DNA of 64,000 bases from Bacteroidota bacterium (GCA_012729475.1 JAAYDB010000159.1:10063-74062), one strand, 5' to 3'. Positions 39,383 to 49,602 are shown, counted from the first letter of the stretch. Program-made: numbers and translations. Notes: generated by a model not told the origin, from the letters alone.

Positions 39383-40120
39383 ATGGCTTTAGTACACGAA
39401 TTTGAGGAAAGCGGTAACTGGCTCTTCAAAAGAAGAAGCTGGTTGCCTCTTTTTATTGTTGCCGCAGGTCTTATTATGATGTTTCTCGGAAACAGACAGG
39501 CATTATTATTTGACCTCAGGGATGAAATGATCTTTTTGGGAATAAGTCTGACCGGAGAATTGATAAGGATATTTACTGTGGGTTTTGCCCCAAGAAATAC
39601 TTCCGGACGTAATACCTCAACAGGACAGATAGCAGATGAACTGAATACAACAGGTTTTTATTCTCTTGTAAGACACCCTCTGTATCTGGGTAATCTGATT
39701 ATGTGGATCGGCCCTGTTATATTCGTCCGTTCTCCCTGGTTTACTGTTGTTTTCCTTCTTGTTTACTGGCTTTATTATGAAAGGATCATGTTCGCTGAAG
39801 AACAGTTCCTGAGAAGAAAATTTGGTGAAATATACGATAACTGGTCTGTGAAAGTGAGTTCATTTATTCCGTATTCCTTTAATTTTATCCCTCCTAAACT
39901 GCCTTTTTCCCTGAGGAATGTGTTAAAAAGAGAATACCATACCATTTTCAACATATTTGCAATTTTTGCTGTCCTGGACCTCTTCAGAAATTATTACCTG
40001 AGCGGGAAAATACATATGACCCCTATATGGATGAAAATGTTCATCGGGGCAGCATCTTTCTGGGTGCTAATGAGGCTAATACATAAAGCTACCAGGCTTT
40101 TGGAAGTGGAAGGACGTTAA
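39383..40120 (+). CDS. lmtA: ICMT-family membrane methyltransferase, similar to lipid A phosphate methyltransferase
   Basis: MAL..EFE..GNWLFK.RSWLP start, TSGRNT, LNTTGFYSLVRHPLYLGN, YYERIMFAEE.FL. Confidence 0.75.
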   Translation: MALVHEFEESGNWLFKRRSWLPLFIVAAGLIMMFLGNRQALLFDLRDEMIFLGISLTGELIRIFTVGFAPRNTSGRNTSTGQIADELNTTGFYSLVRHPLYLGNLIMWIGPVIFVRSPWFTVVFLLVYWLYYERIMFAEEQFLRRKFGEIYDNWSVKVSSFIPYSFNFIPPKLPFSLRNVLKREYHTIFNIFAIFAVLDLFRNYYLSGKIHMTPIWMKMFIGAASFWVLMRLIHKATRLLEVEGR

Positions 40121-40222
40121 ATGAAGACAATAAAAATCAGACTATCCTCAAAATAAATAAGCCGGAATAATAAGAATGATAACCTATGGTTTAAAATATT
40201 GTTTTGGTTCTGACCAATATAT

Positions 40223-40909
40223 TTAATCATCTCTTGCTCCCATAAATATCATTACATAATAGAGCAGGGTGGCCAGTGATCCCAGAGCTGCCACTACATA
40301 GGTATAGGCAGCCCATTTAAGGGCATCCTGTGCTTTATCATGGTTCTGATAAGAAGTAATACCTGTTGTTGAAAGCCATGCAAGGGCTCTTTGGCTTGCA
40401 TTTATTTCAACAGGGAGAGTGATAAAACTGAAGAGAGTCGTAAGGGAAAAAAGAACTATACCGGCCAGAAGAAGTGTGGGGAAGGTATTTACAAGCAGTA
40501 TACCTGCCAGTAAAACCCACTGGACCCATCGTGATGAGAAACTTACTACCGGAACTAATTTTGAACGAAAGCCCAGCCAGGCATAAGCTGTGGCATGTTG
40601 TACCGCATGCCCGGTTTCATGTGCAGCCACTGCTGCAGCTGCTATACTTCTGCTGTTATATACATCCTGACTAAGGTTTATCGTCTTTGTTTCAGGATTG
40701 TAATGGTCGGTAAGACTCCCTTTTACACTTTGTACCCTAACATCAAAAATGCCATTATCCTGAAGCATTCTTTCAGCTATATCCCGTCCGGTCATTCCGC
40801 TTTCAACCGGAATTTTTGAATACTTCCGGAATTTTGATTTGAGAACTGAACTTACAATCCAGCTGAGGATCATAAATGCTATAAAGATTATCCAGATATT
40901 TACAGTCAT
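40223..40909 (-). CDS. Membrane neutral zinc metallopeptidase (YugP-like)
   Basis: LTDHYNP, AAHETGHAVQH, TLPVEINAS, AAYTYV. Confidence 0.9.
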   Translation of the reverse strand: MTVNIWIIFIAFMILSWIVSSVLKSKFRKYSKIPVESGMTGRDIAERMLQDNGIFDVRVQSVKGSLTDHYNPETKTINLSQDVYNSRSIAAAAVAAHETGHAVQHATAYAWLGFRSKLVPVVSFSSRWVQWVLLAGILLVNTFPTLLLAGIVLFSLTTLFSFITLPVEINASQRALAWLSTTGITSYQNHDKAQDALKWAAYTYVVAALGSLATLLYYVMIFMGARDD

Positions 40910-40994
40910 TTTATTTTAATTTTAAAATAATACTATCAAAAGACCTGCCAAAGATATCACATATGACATACTTTGTCATTCTGGCAGGATTATG

Positions 40995-41041
40995 CAAAAG
41001 TAGCCGGGAATCCTTTACGCCGTTTAATTTTGCTATCTTTG
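40995..41041. promoter_or_regulatory. Divergent -7 boxes: TACTTTTG (minus, 40995-41002) and TATCTTTG (plus, 41034-41041)
   Basis: Exact TAnnTTTG matches pointing to the peptidase and to yidD. Confidence 0.55.
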
Positions 41042-41045
41042 ATAC

Positions 41046-41363
41046 GTGTTAAAAACAGTAAAAAACATACTGACTTTTCTTTTATCCTTACCGGTACATT
41101 TTTACAGGTATGCCATCTCCCCTTTTTTGAGGCCTTCCTGCAGGCATATCCCAAGTTGTTCAGAATATATGCTGGATGCCCTGAAGAAACATGGTCCTTT
41201 TACTGGGTTCCTATTGGGGGCAGACAGGATTATAAGATGCCGGCCGGGGGGTACTCACGGATTTGATCCGGTACCCCTATTCAGATTCAAAAGGTATAAA
41301 CCTTTCACAAATTATAAAACGAGTAAGAGGCTTAAGCATTTCGAAGAAAAAATAGATAAATGA
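41046..41363 (+). CDS. yidD: Membrane protein insertion efficiency factor
   Basis: YRYAISP...SCRHIPSCSEY...RIIRCRP..G.DPVP. Confidence 0.9.
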   Translation: MLKTVKNILTFLLSLPVHFYRYAISPFLRPSCRHIPSCSEYMLDALKKHGPFTGFLLGADRIIRCRPGGTHGFDPVPLFRFKRYKPFTNYKTSKRLKHFEEKIDK

Positions 41364-41372
41364 AGAAGGATA

Positions 41373-42125
41373 TTAAAAATTAAGTTCTTCTTTTAAATGT
41401 TTATACCCATTTTTGCTTACAGGAAGCTTTTCCCCTGAATGAAGGACGGCAATATGATTATCCTTACCATAAGGTTCAATCTTTTTAATAGCTTCAATTC
41501 TTACTATATACGATCTGTGGATTCTGACAAAATCCGAAACAGGCAATGCTTTTTCATAAAACTTCATAGTTTGTTGCTTGAGAGCTTTTCCTTCCGTATG
41601 ATATATCATCACATAATCATCCTGAGCTTCGAAATATCTGATTTGTTCTACGGGTATCATGCTGATGGCATTGCCTTTACGTACAACTATCCTGCTTATT
41701 ACAGGAGTTGGTTCAGGCCGTTGGACCATAAGTTGCTGCGCACTTACACTATTTACGTTTCCTGAATGGATCTTTTCCATGGCTTTATTTAAAGCTTCCA
41801 TAAAACGCCTTTTTGGGAAAGGCTTTAAGAGATAGTCTACGGCATTCAGTTCAAAAGCTTTTATAGCATACTGGTCATAAGCAGTTGTAAAAATGATTAC
41901 AGGTTTTTCTGTCATTACTTCAATAAGTTCCAGCCCTGTCAGTCGTGGCATCTGAATGTCGAGAAAAACAATATCCGGCTTATTTACCGTAATAGATTTC
42001 AGTCCTGAAAAACCATCTGCACACTCAGCGATGATTTTTATGTTTTCACAATCATGCAGGTAATGCTTTATGAGTTCTCTGGCAGGAGTTTCATCATCAA
42101 TAATTATTGCCCGTATCTTTTCCAT
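41373..42125 (-). CDS. LytTR family response regulator
   Basis: IIDDE, FLDIQMP, FTTAYDQYA, DYLLKP, FVRIHRSYIV. Confidence 0.95.
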   Translation of the reverse strand: MEKIRAIIIDDETPARELIKHYLHDCENIKIIAECADGFSGLKSITVNKPDIVFLDIQMPRLTGLELIEVMTEKPVIIFTTAYDQYAIKAFELNAVDYLLKPFPKRRFMEALNKAMEKIHSGNVNSVSAQQLMVQRPEPTPVISRIVVRKGNAISMIPVEQIRYFEAQDDYVMIYHTEGKALKQQTMKFYEKALPVSDFVRIHRSYIVRIEAIKKIEPYGKDNHIAVLHSGEKLPVSKNGYKHLKEELNF

Positions 42126-42238
42126 TTCAGGATATTTTAAAAAAAGAAATTACGAAGTTCCGGAGAATACACTTCTGTAACAACTGTCTCAGAACATGAA
42201 TATAAAATTAATAAGAACATTCCTGTTTGCATTTTTTA

Positions 42239-43291
42239 TCAGGAAGATGGTATCAGAAGAGAAACAGTGAAAATTCCGTTTTCTTTTCTTGTCCTTACTG
42301 ATGCCTTGTCACCATAGAACAACTCCAGGCGCCTTGTAACATTAATCAGGCCGGTGCCTGTTCCTGTTTTCGATGAAGGGAGTGTATCATAATCGTTACT
42401 TATTACTATTTCCACCATTTCACCCTTATTGTATACTGTCGTTATAATTCTCACACCTCCGGTACTTTCATATACCCCATGTTTTATTGCGTTTTCATAT
42501 AGTGGTTGCAGAATCATAACCGGCATCTTAGTGTCAAGACATCCGGGTTCGATATTTTCTTCGGTTGACAATCTGTTGCCGAAACGCACCTTTTCTATTT
42601 CAAGATAAAGTCTCAGATTTTCAAGTTCACTCCTTAGAGCCACTGGTTGCTCATCTTTTCTTGAAAGGGCATATCTCATGAAATCCGACAGCTTGATTAA
42701 CATATCCTGTGCTTTCTGAGGATCAGATAAAGTAAGAGAGCTGACAGAGTTGAGACTGTTAAAAAGAAAATGGGGATTTATCTGTGATCTCAGCATCTTC
42801 AGTTCAGTTTCTTTGACAAGACTTTCGAGACGTGCTTCTCTGGTTTTTTTTGCGTTGAGTTTTTGAAGACTCTCATACAGATAATAGGTCAGTACCAGCA
42901 GACAGTAGATAAAAATTCCTGTGCCAATTCTGTAAGGAAATGTTATTTCCCAGTATCTCTTGTATTCATCGGCCTGATGCAAGACCAGTATCGTAAAATA
43001 TTTTGTTGTGATAAGCCACAGAAAAACTGCCACGGATCCTATTATTATCAGATTTACCATTATCCCGGTGGTGGTATGAGATGGATTTGTATTAATATAA
43101 CGGAGAGGATACCACAGAGAAAGCCCTATCCCCGAAAAAACTGTCATCGATATCAGTCCATCAGGAATAATGGAGTCTATAAAACTACTATAAGCAAAAT
43201 AATACAGCAGCAGCTGGCCCAGAGTAAGGAACACCCAGACCAGCCACCACATGATAAAGCTTACCCTGTTTGTAAAGACAGGATGTTTCAT
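42239..43291 (-). CDS. LytS-type sensor histidine kinase
   Basis: LRSQINPHFLFNSLN, LQPLYENAIKHG, GTGTGL. Confidence 0.93.
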   Translation of the reverse strand: MKHPVFTNRVSFIMWWLVWVFLTLGQLLLYYFAYSSFIDSIIPDGLISMTVFSGIGLSLWYPLRYINTNPSHTTTGIMVNLIIIGSVAVFLWLITTKYFTILVLHQADEYKRYWEITFPYRIGTGIFIYCLLVLTYYLYESLQKLNAKKTREARLESLVKETELKMLRSQINPHFLFNSLNSVSSLTLSDPQKAQDMLIKLSDFMRYALSRKDEQPVALRSELENLRLYLEIEKVRFGNRLSTEENIEPGCLDTKMPVMILQPLYENAIKHGVYESTGGVRIITTVYNKGEMVEIVISNDYDTLPSSKTGTGTGLINVTRRLELFYGDKASVRTRKENGIFTVSLLIPSS

Positions 43292-43309
43292 ACGATAAAT
43301 TAATTATTA

Positions 43310-44059
43310 TCAATAACTTTTGACTTCGCCTCCGCCAAATACTACTGCTCCTTTTATTACCAGCTGTGATGATTTGTCATAATCGCGGTCGTGGCTTAGT
43401 TTTCTTGAATCACTGAATCCTCCCAGTATGGGTGTAACCTCAATAGTGACAAACCATGAATCCGGTACAATAATTGTTGCTCCTCCGAAGACACAGGCTA
43501 TTTCGATGTCATTTCTGCCGGGTGCCAGTTTTGCTTTTGTCAGATCAAGCTCTGTCCCACCGAAAACAGCAGTAATTTTCCCGCCCCTGAAGTTTTGTGA
43601 GACGATCTGACGCTCCCCTCCGCTGAAAATATTCACATAATCGATGAAATCGTCACTACCCATTTCCCTGGATGATCTGTCCCATCCTTTCCTCTGTGTC
43701 ACAATGAAAATTATACCTATGATAATAAAAATTGAAGGCCAGAACATATTGTACATATGAAATGTTTCCCTGAAAACCAGGGGTATCATAAAGAAAGCAC
43801 CTACTGACATCACAATAATACCGGCAGTTTTTTCAGTTGCACCAATAGTAAGAATGAGGCCTATAACAACCAGAAGCATTGGCCAGCTGAAAACGACATT
43901 GTCAATAAAATCAGGAAAGAATCCTGCATTTCTGATAACCAGAAACACTCCCACAAGAACCAGGATCACCCCTATTATAGCTTTGTTATTCGATAAATGA
44001 TGTCGATGCTCAGGACGAAAAACCCTGTGATCGTTCTTATATTCGCTGTTTGTTTCCAT
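43310..44059 (-). CDS. LiaF-like cell-envelope stress protein (TM domain plus DUF2154-type C-terminus)
   Basis: Four TM helices with WP motifs; repeated IFSG/VFGG strands, LDLTKA. Confidence 0.82.
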   Translation of the reverse strand: METNSEYKNDHRVFRPEHRHHLSNNKAIIGVILVLVGVFLVIRNAGFFPDFIDNVVFSWPMLLVVIGLILTIGATEKTAGIIVMSVGAFFMIPLVFRETFHMYNMFWPSIFIIIGIIFIVTQRKGWDRSSREMGSDDFIDYVNIFSGGERQIVSQNFRGGKITAVFGGTELDLTKAKLAPGRNDIEIACVFGGATIIVPDSWFVTIEVTPILGGFSDSRKLSHDRDYDKSSQLVIKGAVVFGGGEVKSY

Positions 44060-44094
44060 GATGATTGATTTTTTGGGATTAAAGGATAACTGTT

Positions 44095-44460
44095 TTATTT
44101 TTTTCTTTTTCTGAATATTGAAGAGATAATAAACAATATACCGAGTATGATTGTTACTGCAGGCCAGTACATCGTTTCCAATATTTCCGGGACTTCATTA
44201 TAATAGTCATCCAGAAGAAACCATACTCCGCCTGCTATAAGAAGCAGCCCGGGAAGGAAATTGAGATTTAATAGCAATAATACTCCAACAAAAACCATTG
44301 CCGTTTGCCATGTGAAATATTCTTTTATACTTCCCAAATGAAGCATATCATTTGTGGCAACTAAAAGGGCGAGACCCAGCACTATGAAGAAAAAGCCTAT
44401 ACTTAGATGTGGATGGACTTTTTTTTCTCTTTTTAAAGAATGTCTTTCTGTATATTCCAT
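44095..44460 (-). CDS. LiaF-type transmembrane domain protein
   Basis: Four TM helices, YWPAV; resembles the N-terminus of the next gene. Start uncertain (44460 or 44472). Confidence 0.65.
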   Translation of the reverse strand: MEYTERHSLKREKKVHPHLSIGFFFIVLGLALLVATNDMLHLGSIKEYFTWQTAMVFVGVLLLLNLNFLPGLLLIAGGVWFLLDDYYNEVPEILETMYWPAVTIILGILFIISSIFRKRKK

Positions 44461-44484
44461 ATCTCTTACCATATTGTTACAGAT

Positions 44485-44492
44485 CAAAGGTA
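44485..44492 (-). promoter_or_regulatory. -7 box TACCTTTG for the LiaF/LytS/LytTR operon
   Basis: Exact TAnnTTTG match. Confidence 0.55.
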
Positions 44493-44615
44493 AGTTATAA
44501 AAAAATAACCTGATTATTATTATCGGTGAATGGAGGTTTTATTAAGGCAGACAAACAATTATGACGGGAAATGTTACTTTTTTGTTGATAATTTTTTTAA
44601 TTGAATAAGCTTTCA

Positions 44616-44623
44616 TATTTTTG
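44616..44623 (+). promoter_or_regulatory. -7 box TATTTTTG for yceD-rpmF-plsX-fabH
   Basis: Exact TAnnTTTG match 18 nt before ATG 44642. Confidence 0.6.
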
Positions 44624-44641
44624 CAAACCAAAATTAAAAAG

Positions 44642-45160
44642 ATGTCCCGATTATTTACTATAGAGGTGATCAAATTAAAGCCCGGGAATCATTTTTATGA
44701 ATTTGAGATAGGGAATAAGTTTTTTGAAGAGTTTGAGGAGTCAGAGATAAAGGAAGGGAAGCTTAGGGCATCTGTCGGAATAGAAAGAGCTTCTTCCCAT
44801 GCCGACCTGACAATAAGTATTGAAGGAACAGTGAATCTTACATGCGACAGATGTCTGGAGATTTTTTCCTATACGGTGTGTTGTACAAACAGACTTTTGG
44901 TTAAATTTGGCAGTGTACACGATGAAAGTGATCCGGATATTATTATTGTTCAAGCCAATGAACATGAAATTGATCTGAGACGCAGTTTTTATGAGTATAT
45001 CCTTCTTTCTCTTCCTATCAGGAGAGTTCATCCTGATGATGAGAATGGGAAGAGTACATGTAATCCTCTGATGCTGGAGAAACTGAAGGAATATATTGTA
45101 GAGGACAGAAAAACAGAAAACCCCGAATGGGCTAAATTAAAGGAACTTGTAAAGAATTAA
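44642..45160 (+). CDS. YceD/DUF177 family protein
   Basis: CDRCL, YEYILLSLP, PEWAKLK; directly upstream of rpmF. Confidence 0.9.
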   Translation: MSRLFTIEVIKLKPGNHFYEFEIGNKFFEEFEESEIKEGKLRASVGIERASSHADLTISIEGTVNLTCDRCLEIFSYTVCCTNRLLVKFGSVHDESDPDIIIVQANEHEIDLRRSFYEYILLSLPIRRVHPDDENGKSTCNPLMLEKLKEYIVEDRKTENPEWAKLKELVKN

Positions 45161-45172
45161 ACATATAAGAAA

Positions 45173-45358
45173 ATGCCAAATCCTAAAAGAAAACATTCAA
45201 AAACAAGAAGAGACAAACGCAGGACTCATTATAAGGCAACAGTTCCGACAGTGAGTGTTTGTTCAAACTGTGGCTCTTCAGTACAGTATCACAGGGTTTG
45301 CCCTGAATGTGGGTATTACAGAGGGAAGCTTGCCATTGAAAAGAAAACTACAGCTTAA
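45173..45358 (+). CDS. rpmF: 50S ribosomal protein L32 (zinc-ribbon form)
   Basis: MPNPKRKHSKTRRDKRRTH, CSNC..HRVCPECGYYRG. Confidence 0.97.
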   Translation: MPNPKRKHSKTRRDKRRTHYKATVPTVSVCSNCGSSVQYHRVCPECGYYRGKLAIEKKTTA

Positions 45359-45384
45359 TTTCATTTTTATTTAATTCCAGGTCT

Positions 45385-46323
45385 ATGAAAATAGGCGTTG
45401 ATGTGATGGGTGGGGATTATGCACCTGATGTGGTTATTGAAGGTGCGGTCGATTCTCTTCAACATCTTGTAGCCAGAGATGAGATTTTTTTGATTGGTGA
45501 CGCAAATCTCATACATAATATGCTTACCGGATTGAATATTCCGGATGGTCGTTTTACTATTGTTCCCACCACACAGGTTATCAGTATGGGCGATGTTCCG
45601 GCAAAAGCCTTTGCCCAGAAACCTGATTCAAGTATAGCTGTAGGCTACAGGATGTTAAAAGAAAAAGAGATAGACGGCTTTTGCAGTGCCGGCAACACAG
45701 GCGCAATGCTTGTTGGTGTAAGCTATACAGTTAATGTAATTCCCGGTGTTCTGAGACCAGCCCTGGCCACTATCGTACCAGCCCTGGATAATCATAATTC
45801 CGTTATCCTTGATGTAGGCCTGAATCCTGAATGTAAACCGGATGTACTTATGCAATACGGCATCCTTGGAAGTATCTTTGCAAGATACATACTGGAAGCA
45901 GAGAATCCTACCGTGAAACTTCTTAACATTGGAGAAGAAGCATCAAAAGGGACAGCTACTGTAAAAGCTGCATATGAACTTATGAATAATCATCCGGCAA
46001 TAAATTTCATTGGGAATATTGAAGGAAACGGACTGTTTATGAATAACATGCCGGATGTAATTGTGTGTGATGGCTTTGTTGGCAATGTCATATTAAAACA
46101 AACAGAAGCTTTTTATCATATTATAAAGGCCAGAAATTTAAAGGATCCGTTTTTTGATAATCTCGATTTTGAAGGTATCGGAGGCACTCCGGTAATCGGT
46201 ATCAATGCCAATGTCGTAATAGGCCATGGCGTATCGAAGAGAAAAGCAATCATGAATATGATCCTTCAGACCTGGGCCGTTGTTCATGCCAATCTGGCGC
46301 AAAAGATAAAAGAGGCAATTTAA
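45385..46323 (+). CDS. plsX: Phosphate acyltransferase
   Basis: [37 protein letters not shown]. Confidence 0.95.
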   Translation: MKIGVDVMGGDYAPDVVIEGAVDSLQHLVARDEIFLIGDANLIHNMLTGLNIPDGRFTIVPTTQVISMGDVPAKAFAQKPDSSIAVGYRMLKEKEIDGFCSAGNTGAMLVGVSYTVNVIPGVLRPALATIVPALDNHNSVILDVGLNPECKPDVLMQYGILGSIFARYILEAENPTVKLLNIGEEASKGTATVKAAYELMNNHPAINFIGNIEGNGLFMNNMPDVIVCDGFVGNVILKQTEAFYHIIKARNLKDPFFDNLDFEGIGGTPVIGINANVVIGHGVSKRKAIMNMILQTWAVVHANLAQKIKEAI

Positions 46324-47324
46324 TGGTGAACAAAATAAGAGCTGCCATAACCGGTATTCATGCATGGGTCCCGGATTACAGGCTAACGAACCATGAATTA
46401 TCAAAAATGGTTGACACTTCCGATGAATGGATAATGCAACGTGTCGGTATCAGTGAGAGAAGAATACTTAAAGGAGAAGGCCTTGGAAGTTCCGATATGG
46501 GAGAGATGGCAGTAAAAGGGCTTCTTGAAAAAACAGGCACATCACCCGAAGAGATAGATCTCCTTATCTGTGCTACCATAACACCAGACATGAGTTTTCC
46601 GGCAACAGCAAATATCATATCCGACAAAGCAGGGATAGTCAATGCTTTCAGCTTCGATGTAGGAGCTGCCTGCTCAGGATTTTTATTTGCATTACAGACA
46701 GCAGCCACTTACGTGGAAACAGGAAAATGCAAAAAAGCCATTGTGGTGGGTGCTGATAAAATGTCTTCCATAACTGATTATACAGACAGAACAACATGTA
46801 CTCTTTTCGGAGATGCCGCAGGAGCCGTTTTGCTGGAACCAACAGATGATGACAACGGGATTATGGACTATATCTTCCATACCGACGGCTCGGGACGAAA
46901 ATTCCTTCATATGAAAGCAGGCGGATCAGTCCGTCCCCCTTCACATGAAACAGTGGATGCCAGAGAACATTTTGTGTATCAGGAAGGTCAGAGTGTGTTT
47001 AAATTTGCAGTCGTTAACATGGCTGATGTGGCTGTGGAGATAATGAAGAGAAATAATCTTAAATCAAAAGATATCGACTGGCTTGTACCTCATCAGGCTA
47101 ACCTCAGAATAATTGAAGCAACAGGCAGGAGAATGGGATTGCCTCCTGAAAAAATAATGATAAATATTGAGAAATACGGGAACACCACAGCAGCAACAAT
47201 ACCACTTTGTCTGTGGGAATATGAAAGCCGGCTGAGAAAAGGAAACCATCTTATCCTTGCTGCTTTCGGAGGAGGTTTTACCTGGGGCTCAATGTATATC
47301 AAATGGGCTTTTGACCCGAAATAA
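46323..47324 (+). CDS. fabH: Beta-ketoacyl-ACP synthase III
   Basis: [33 protein letters not shown]. Confidence 0.97.
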   Translation: MVNKIRAAITGIHAWVPDYRLTNHELSKMVDTSDEWIMQRVGISERRILKGEGLGSSDMGEMAVKGLLEKTGTSPEEIDLLICATITPDMSFPATANIISDKAGIVNAFSFDVGAACSGFLFALQTAATYVETGKCKKAIVVGADKMSSITDYTDRTTCTLFGDAAGAVLLEPTDDDNGIMDYIFHTDGSGRKFLHMKAGGSVRPPSHETVDAREHFVYQEGQSVFKFAVVNMADVAVEIMKRNNLKSKDIDWLVPHQANLRIIEATGRRMGLPPEKIMINIEKYGNTTAATIPLCLWEYESRLRKGNHLILAAFGGGFTWGSMYIKWAFDPK

Positions 47325-47465
47325 TAAAAAAATATGACAGGATAATTATCCTTCGGCGTTTCTTCATCTCAAAGGCCCTTATTAAAATACATCTTGTCTG
47401 CCTGAGATATTTTCTTTTCCTCTTGACTATTTGATGGAGTAACTCCGATTATTATAATAGTTTTT

Positions 47466-47473
47466 TATATTTG
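47466..47473 (+). promoter_or_regulatory. -7 box TATATTTG for the bactofilin-atp operon
   Basis: Exact TAnnTTTG match 38 nt upstream of the bactofilin start. Confidence 0.6.
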
Positions 47474-47511
47474 TGCGTTATTAAGTTTTATTTATAAAAT
47501 TACATATCACC

Positions 47512-47907
47512 ATGGCAAAAAATAATGAAACTGAGCCTGTAGCAATCAATCTTATCAGTAATGGAACTGAAATTTCCGGAGATGTCAAATCAACAGGAGA
47601 TATACGTATCGATGGTACTCTTACCGGCAACCTGAATACTAAAGGGAAGGTTGTCATCGGACCTACCGGTAAAGTGAACGGAGAAGTGATCTGCAAAAAT
47701 TCTGAAGTATCCGGAACAATTGAAGGTAAAATTATAGTAAGCCAGCTGCTTATCCTGAAAATATCATCCAGAATAAATGGCGATATTGAAACATTGAAGC
47801 TTTCTATTGAACCTGGAGCATTATTCTCAGGTAACTGTAAGATGAACGGTATCGACAACAATGGAGGAAGAACCTACGGAAAAGAATCAGAAAAAGCAGG
47901 AAAATAA
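47512..47907 (+). CDS. Bactofilin (polymer-forming cytoskeletal protein)
   Basis: I..GT.I.GD....GDIRIDG...GN, VVIG..G.V.G, IEPGA.F.G.C.M beta-helix pattern. Confidence 0.9.
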   Translation: MAKNNETEPVAINLISNGTEISGDVKSTGDIRIDGTLTGNLNTKGKVVIGPTGKVNGEVICKNSEVSGTIEGKIIVSQLLILKISSRINGDIETLKLSIEPGALFSGNCKMNGIDNNGGRTYGKESEKAGK

Positions 47908-48103
47908 ACCCCTGAGTAGTTATGCAAAATACTCAGCTATTGGTTTTCAGATGATCGCTATTATTGGGCTGACCACCTGGGGAGGTATTAAAATTGACCA
48001 CCTGGCAGGATTAAAAAACCCCGTTTTTACAATTATTCTCTCTTTACTCGGCGTCTTTGCTGCAATATATTTTGCTATTAAAGATTTTATAAAACTTAAA
48101 TAA
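47861..48103 (+). CDS. AtpZ/AtpI family small membrane protein
   Basis: YAKYSAIGFQM, GGIKID, SLLGVF; two TM helices at the head of the atp operon. Confidence 0.85.
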   Translation: MEEEPTEKNQKKQENKPLSSYAKYSAIGFQMIAIIGLTTWGGIKIDHLAGLKNPVFTIILSLLGVFAAIYFAIKDFIKLK

Positions 48104-48108
48104 CTCTC

Positions 48109-48495
48109 TTGAAAATCTTTTTTAAAAAAATATTCCTTCTGATTGTTCTTGAGAGTATAATTCTCATCACGGGATATCTTGTTTTTTCAAATATTAATAC
48201 AGGCTTACTGCTGTCTGACCTGATCTTCCTCTCAGTAATTTTTACTTTTCTTACCGCAGGAATACTCCTCATTTTTTTTAACGGACAAAAAAGGAACGCA
48301 GATAGTCAGACTATGCATTCACTTGTCGCTATCGGTCTTAAGTTTCTGATTGAACTGGTGTTTGCCTTTCTGTGGTTTTTTGTTGGTAAAAAAACCGGAC
48401 TGTCTGATGTGATATTGTTTTTTGTACTATATTTAGCCTTCACTTTATTTTTACTGATGGTTATAGTGAAAGAATTGAAACACAAATCTTTATAA
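48109..48495 (+). CDS. Four-TM membrane protein, probable AtpI-like
   Basis: Hydrophobic 128 aa protein between atpZ and atpB; TTG start. Confidence 0.65.
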   Translation: MKIFFKKIFLLIVLESIILITGYLVFSNINTGLLLSDLIFLSVIFTFLTAGILLIFFNGQKRNADSQTMHSLVAIGLKFLIELVFAFLWFFVGKKTGLSDVILFFVLYLAFTLFLLMVIVKELKHKSL

Positions 48496-48505
48496 ATCTA
48501 TTGTT

Positions 48506-49573
48506 TTGAAAAACGGGAAAGTTTCATACCTCTTTTTTACTTTTTTGCTGTTATTATTACAGATACCATTAGCCGGACAGAAATCCCATCATTCACCCGA
48601 AGCAGAAGACAAAGAATTCAATGCCAGTGAATTTATCATTGAACATATCAGTGATTCACATGAATGGCATCTTTTTACAAAGAAGAACGGGGACCATGTT
48701 TCTATTTATTTACCAGTAATCCTTTACAGCAAAGAGACCGGACTTCATTTTTTTTCATCGAAACAGCTCGCACACGGGCATGAGCATAAAGGCTTCCGGC
48801 TGGAAACGGAAGGTGATTATGCCGGCAAAATCGTTGCTGTGGATGAAAGCGGACAGATACTGGAGGATAAAATTCCTCTTGATTTTTCAATGACAAAAAC
48901 AGTAATAGGAATGCTGGCCGCCGCCCTGATAGGTTTATGGCTTTTCCTCGCATTATCCCGTTCATATAAGAAAACGGGTATAAGTCATCCCAAAGGAATA
49001 CAAAGCTTCCTTGAACCGATTATCTGTTTTATACGTGATGATGTTGTAATTCCCAATATAGGTTATGAAAAACACGAAAAATTCATGCCTTATCTGCTTT
49101 CTGTGTTTTTCTTTATTCTTATCAATAACCTGATGGGACTTATTCCCTATCCACCACCTTTTGGTGCAAATGTTACGGGAAATCTTGCTGTTACTATGAC
49201 TCTGGCCTTGTTTACATTTTTTATAATCCAGATTAATGGCAATAAACATTACTGGCGGGATATTTTTGCCACACCCGGGGTTCCTTTCTGGTTGCTCCCT
49301 ATTATGATCCCTGTGGAATTAATCGGGATGATATCAAAACCTTTTGCTCTTACTGTCCGATTATTTGCAAATATTACGGCAGGACATATCATTGTTATGA
49401 GCCTGCTGGCATTGATCTTTATTTTTAAATCAATACTGGTTGCTCCGGTATCGATATTTTTTGTGATTTTCATGGATTGCCTCGAATTACTCGTGGCCTT
49501 CCTGCAGGCATATGTCTTCACCCTCCTGTCAGCCGTATTTATCAGTCTGGCAGTGTCTGAAGAACATCATTAA
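48506..49573 (+). CDS. atpB: ATP synthase F0 subunit a
   Basis: HISDSHEWH Bacteroidetes extension, KPFALTVRLFANITAGH, LQAYVF. Confidence 0.97.
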   Translation: MKNGKVSYLFFTFLLLLLQIPLAGQKSHHSPEAEDKEFNASEFIIEHISDSHEWHLFTKKNGDHVSIYLPVILYSKETGLHFFSSKQLAHGHEHKGFRLETEGDYAGKIVAVDESGQILEDKIPLDFSMTKTVIGMLAAALIGLWLFLALSRSYKKTGISHPKGIQSFLEPIICFIRDDVVIPNIGYEKHEKFMPYLLSVFFFILINNLMGLIPYPPPFGANVTGNLAVTMTLALFTFFIIQINGNKHYWRDIFATPGVPFWLLPIMIPVELIGMISKPFALTVRLFANITAGHIIVMSLLALIFIFKSILVAPVSIFFVIFMDCLELLVAFLQAYVFTLLSAVFISLAVSEEHH

Positions 49574-49602
49574 TTATTAATTGTTCATTTAAATTTTGTA
49601 TT

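Noticed and set aside
44520..44555. LytTR direct-repeat binding site upstream of the LiaF operon (ATCGGTGAA)
   Set aside because: Only one clear half-site; no convincing second copy at the expected spacing.
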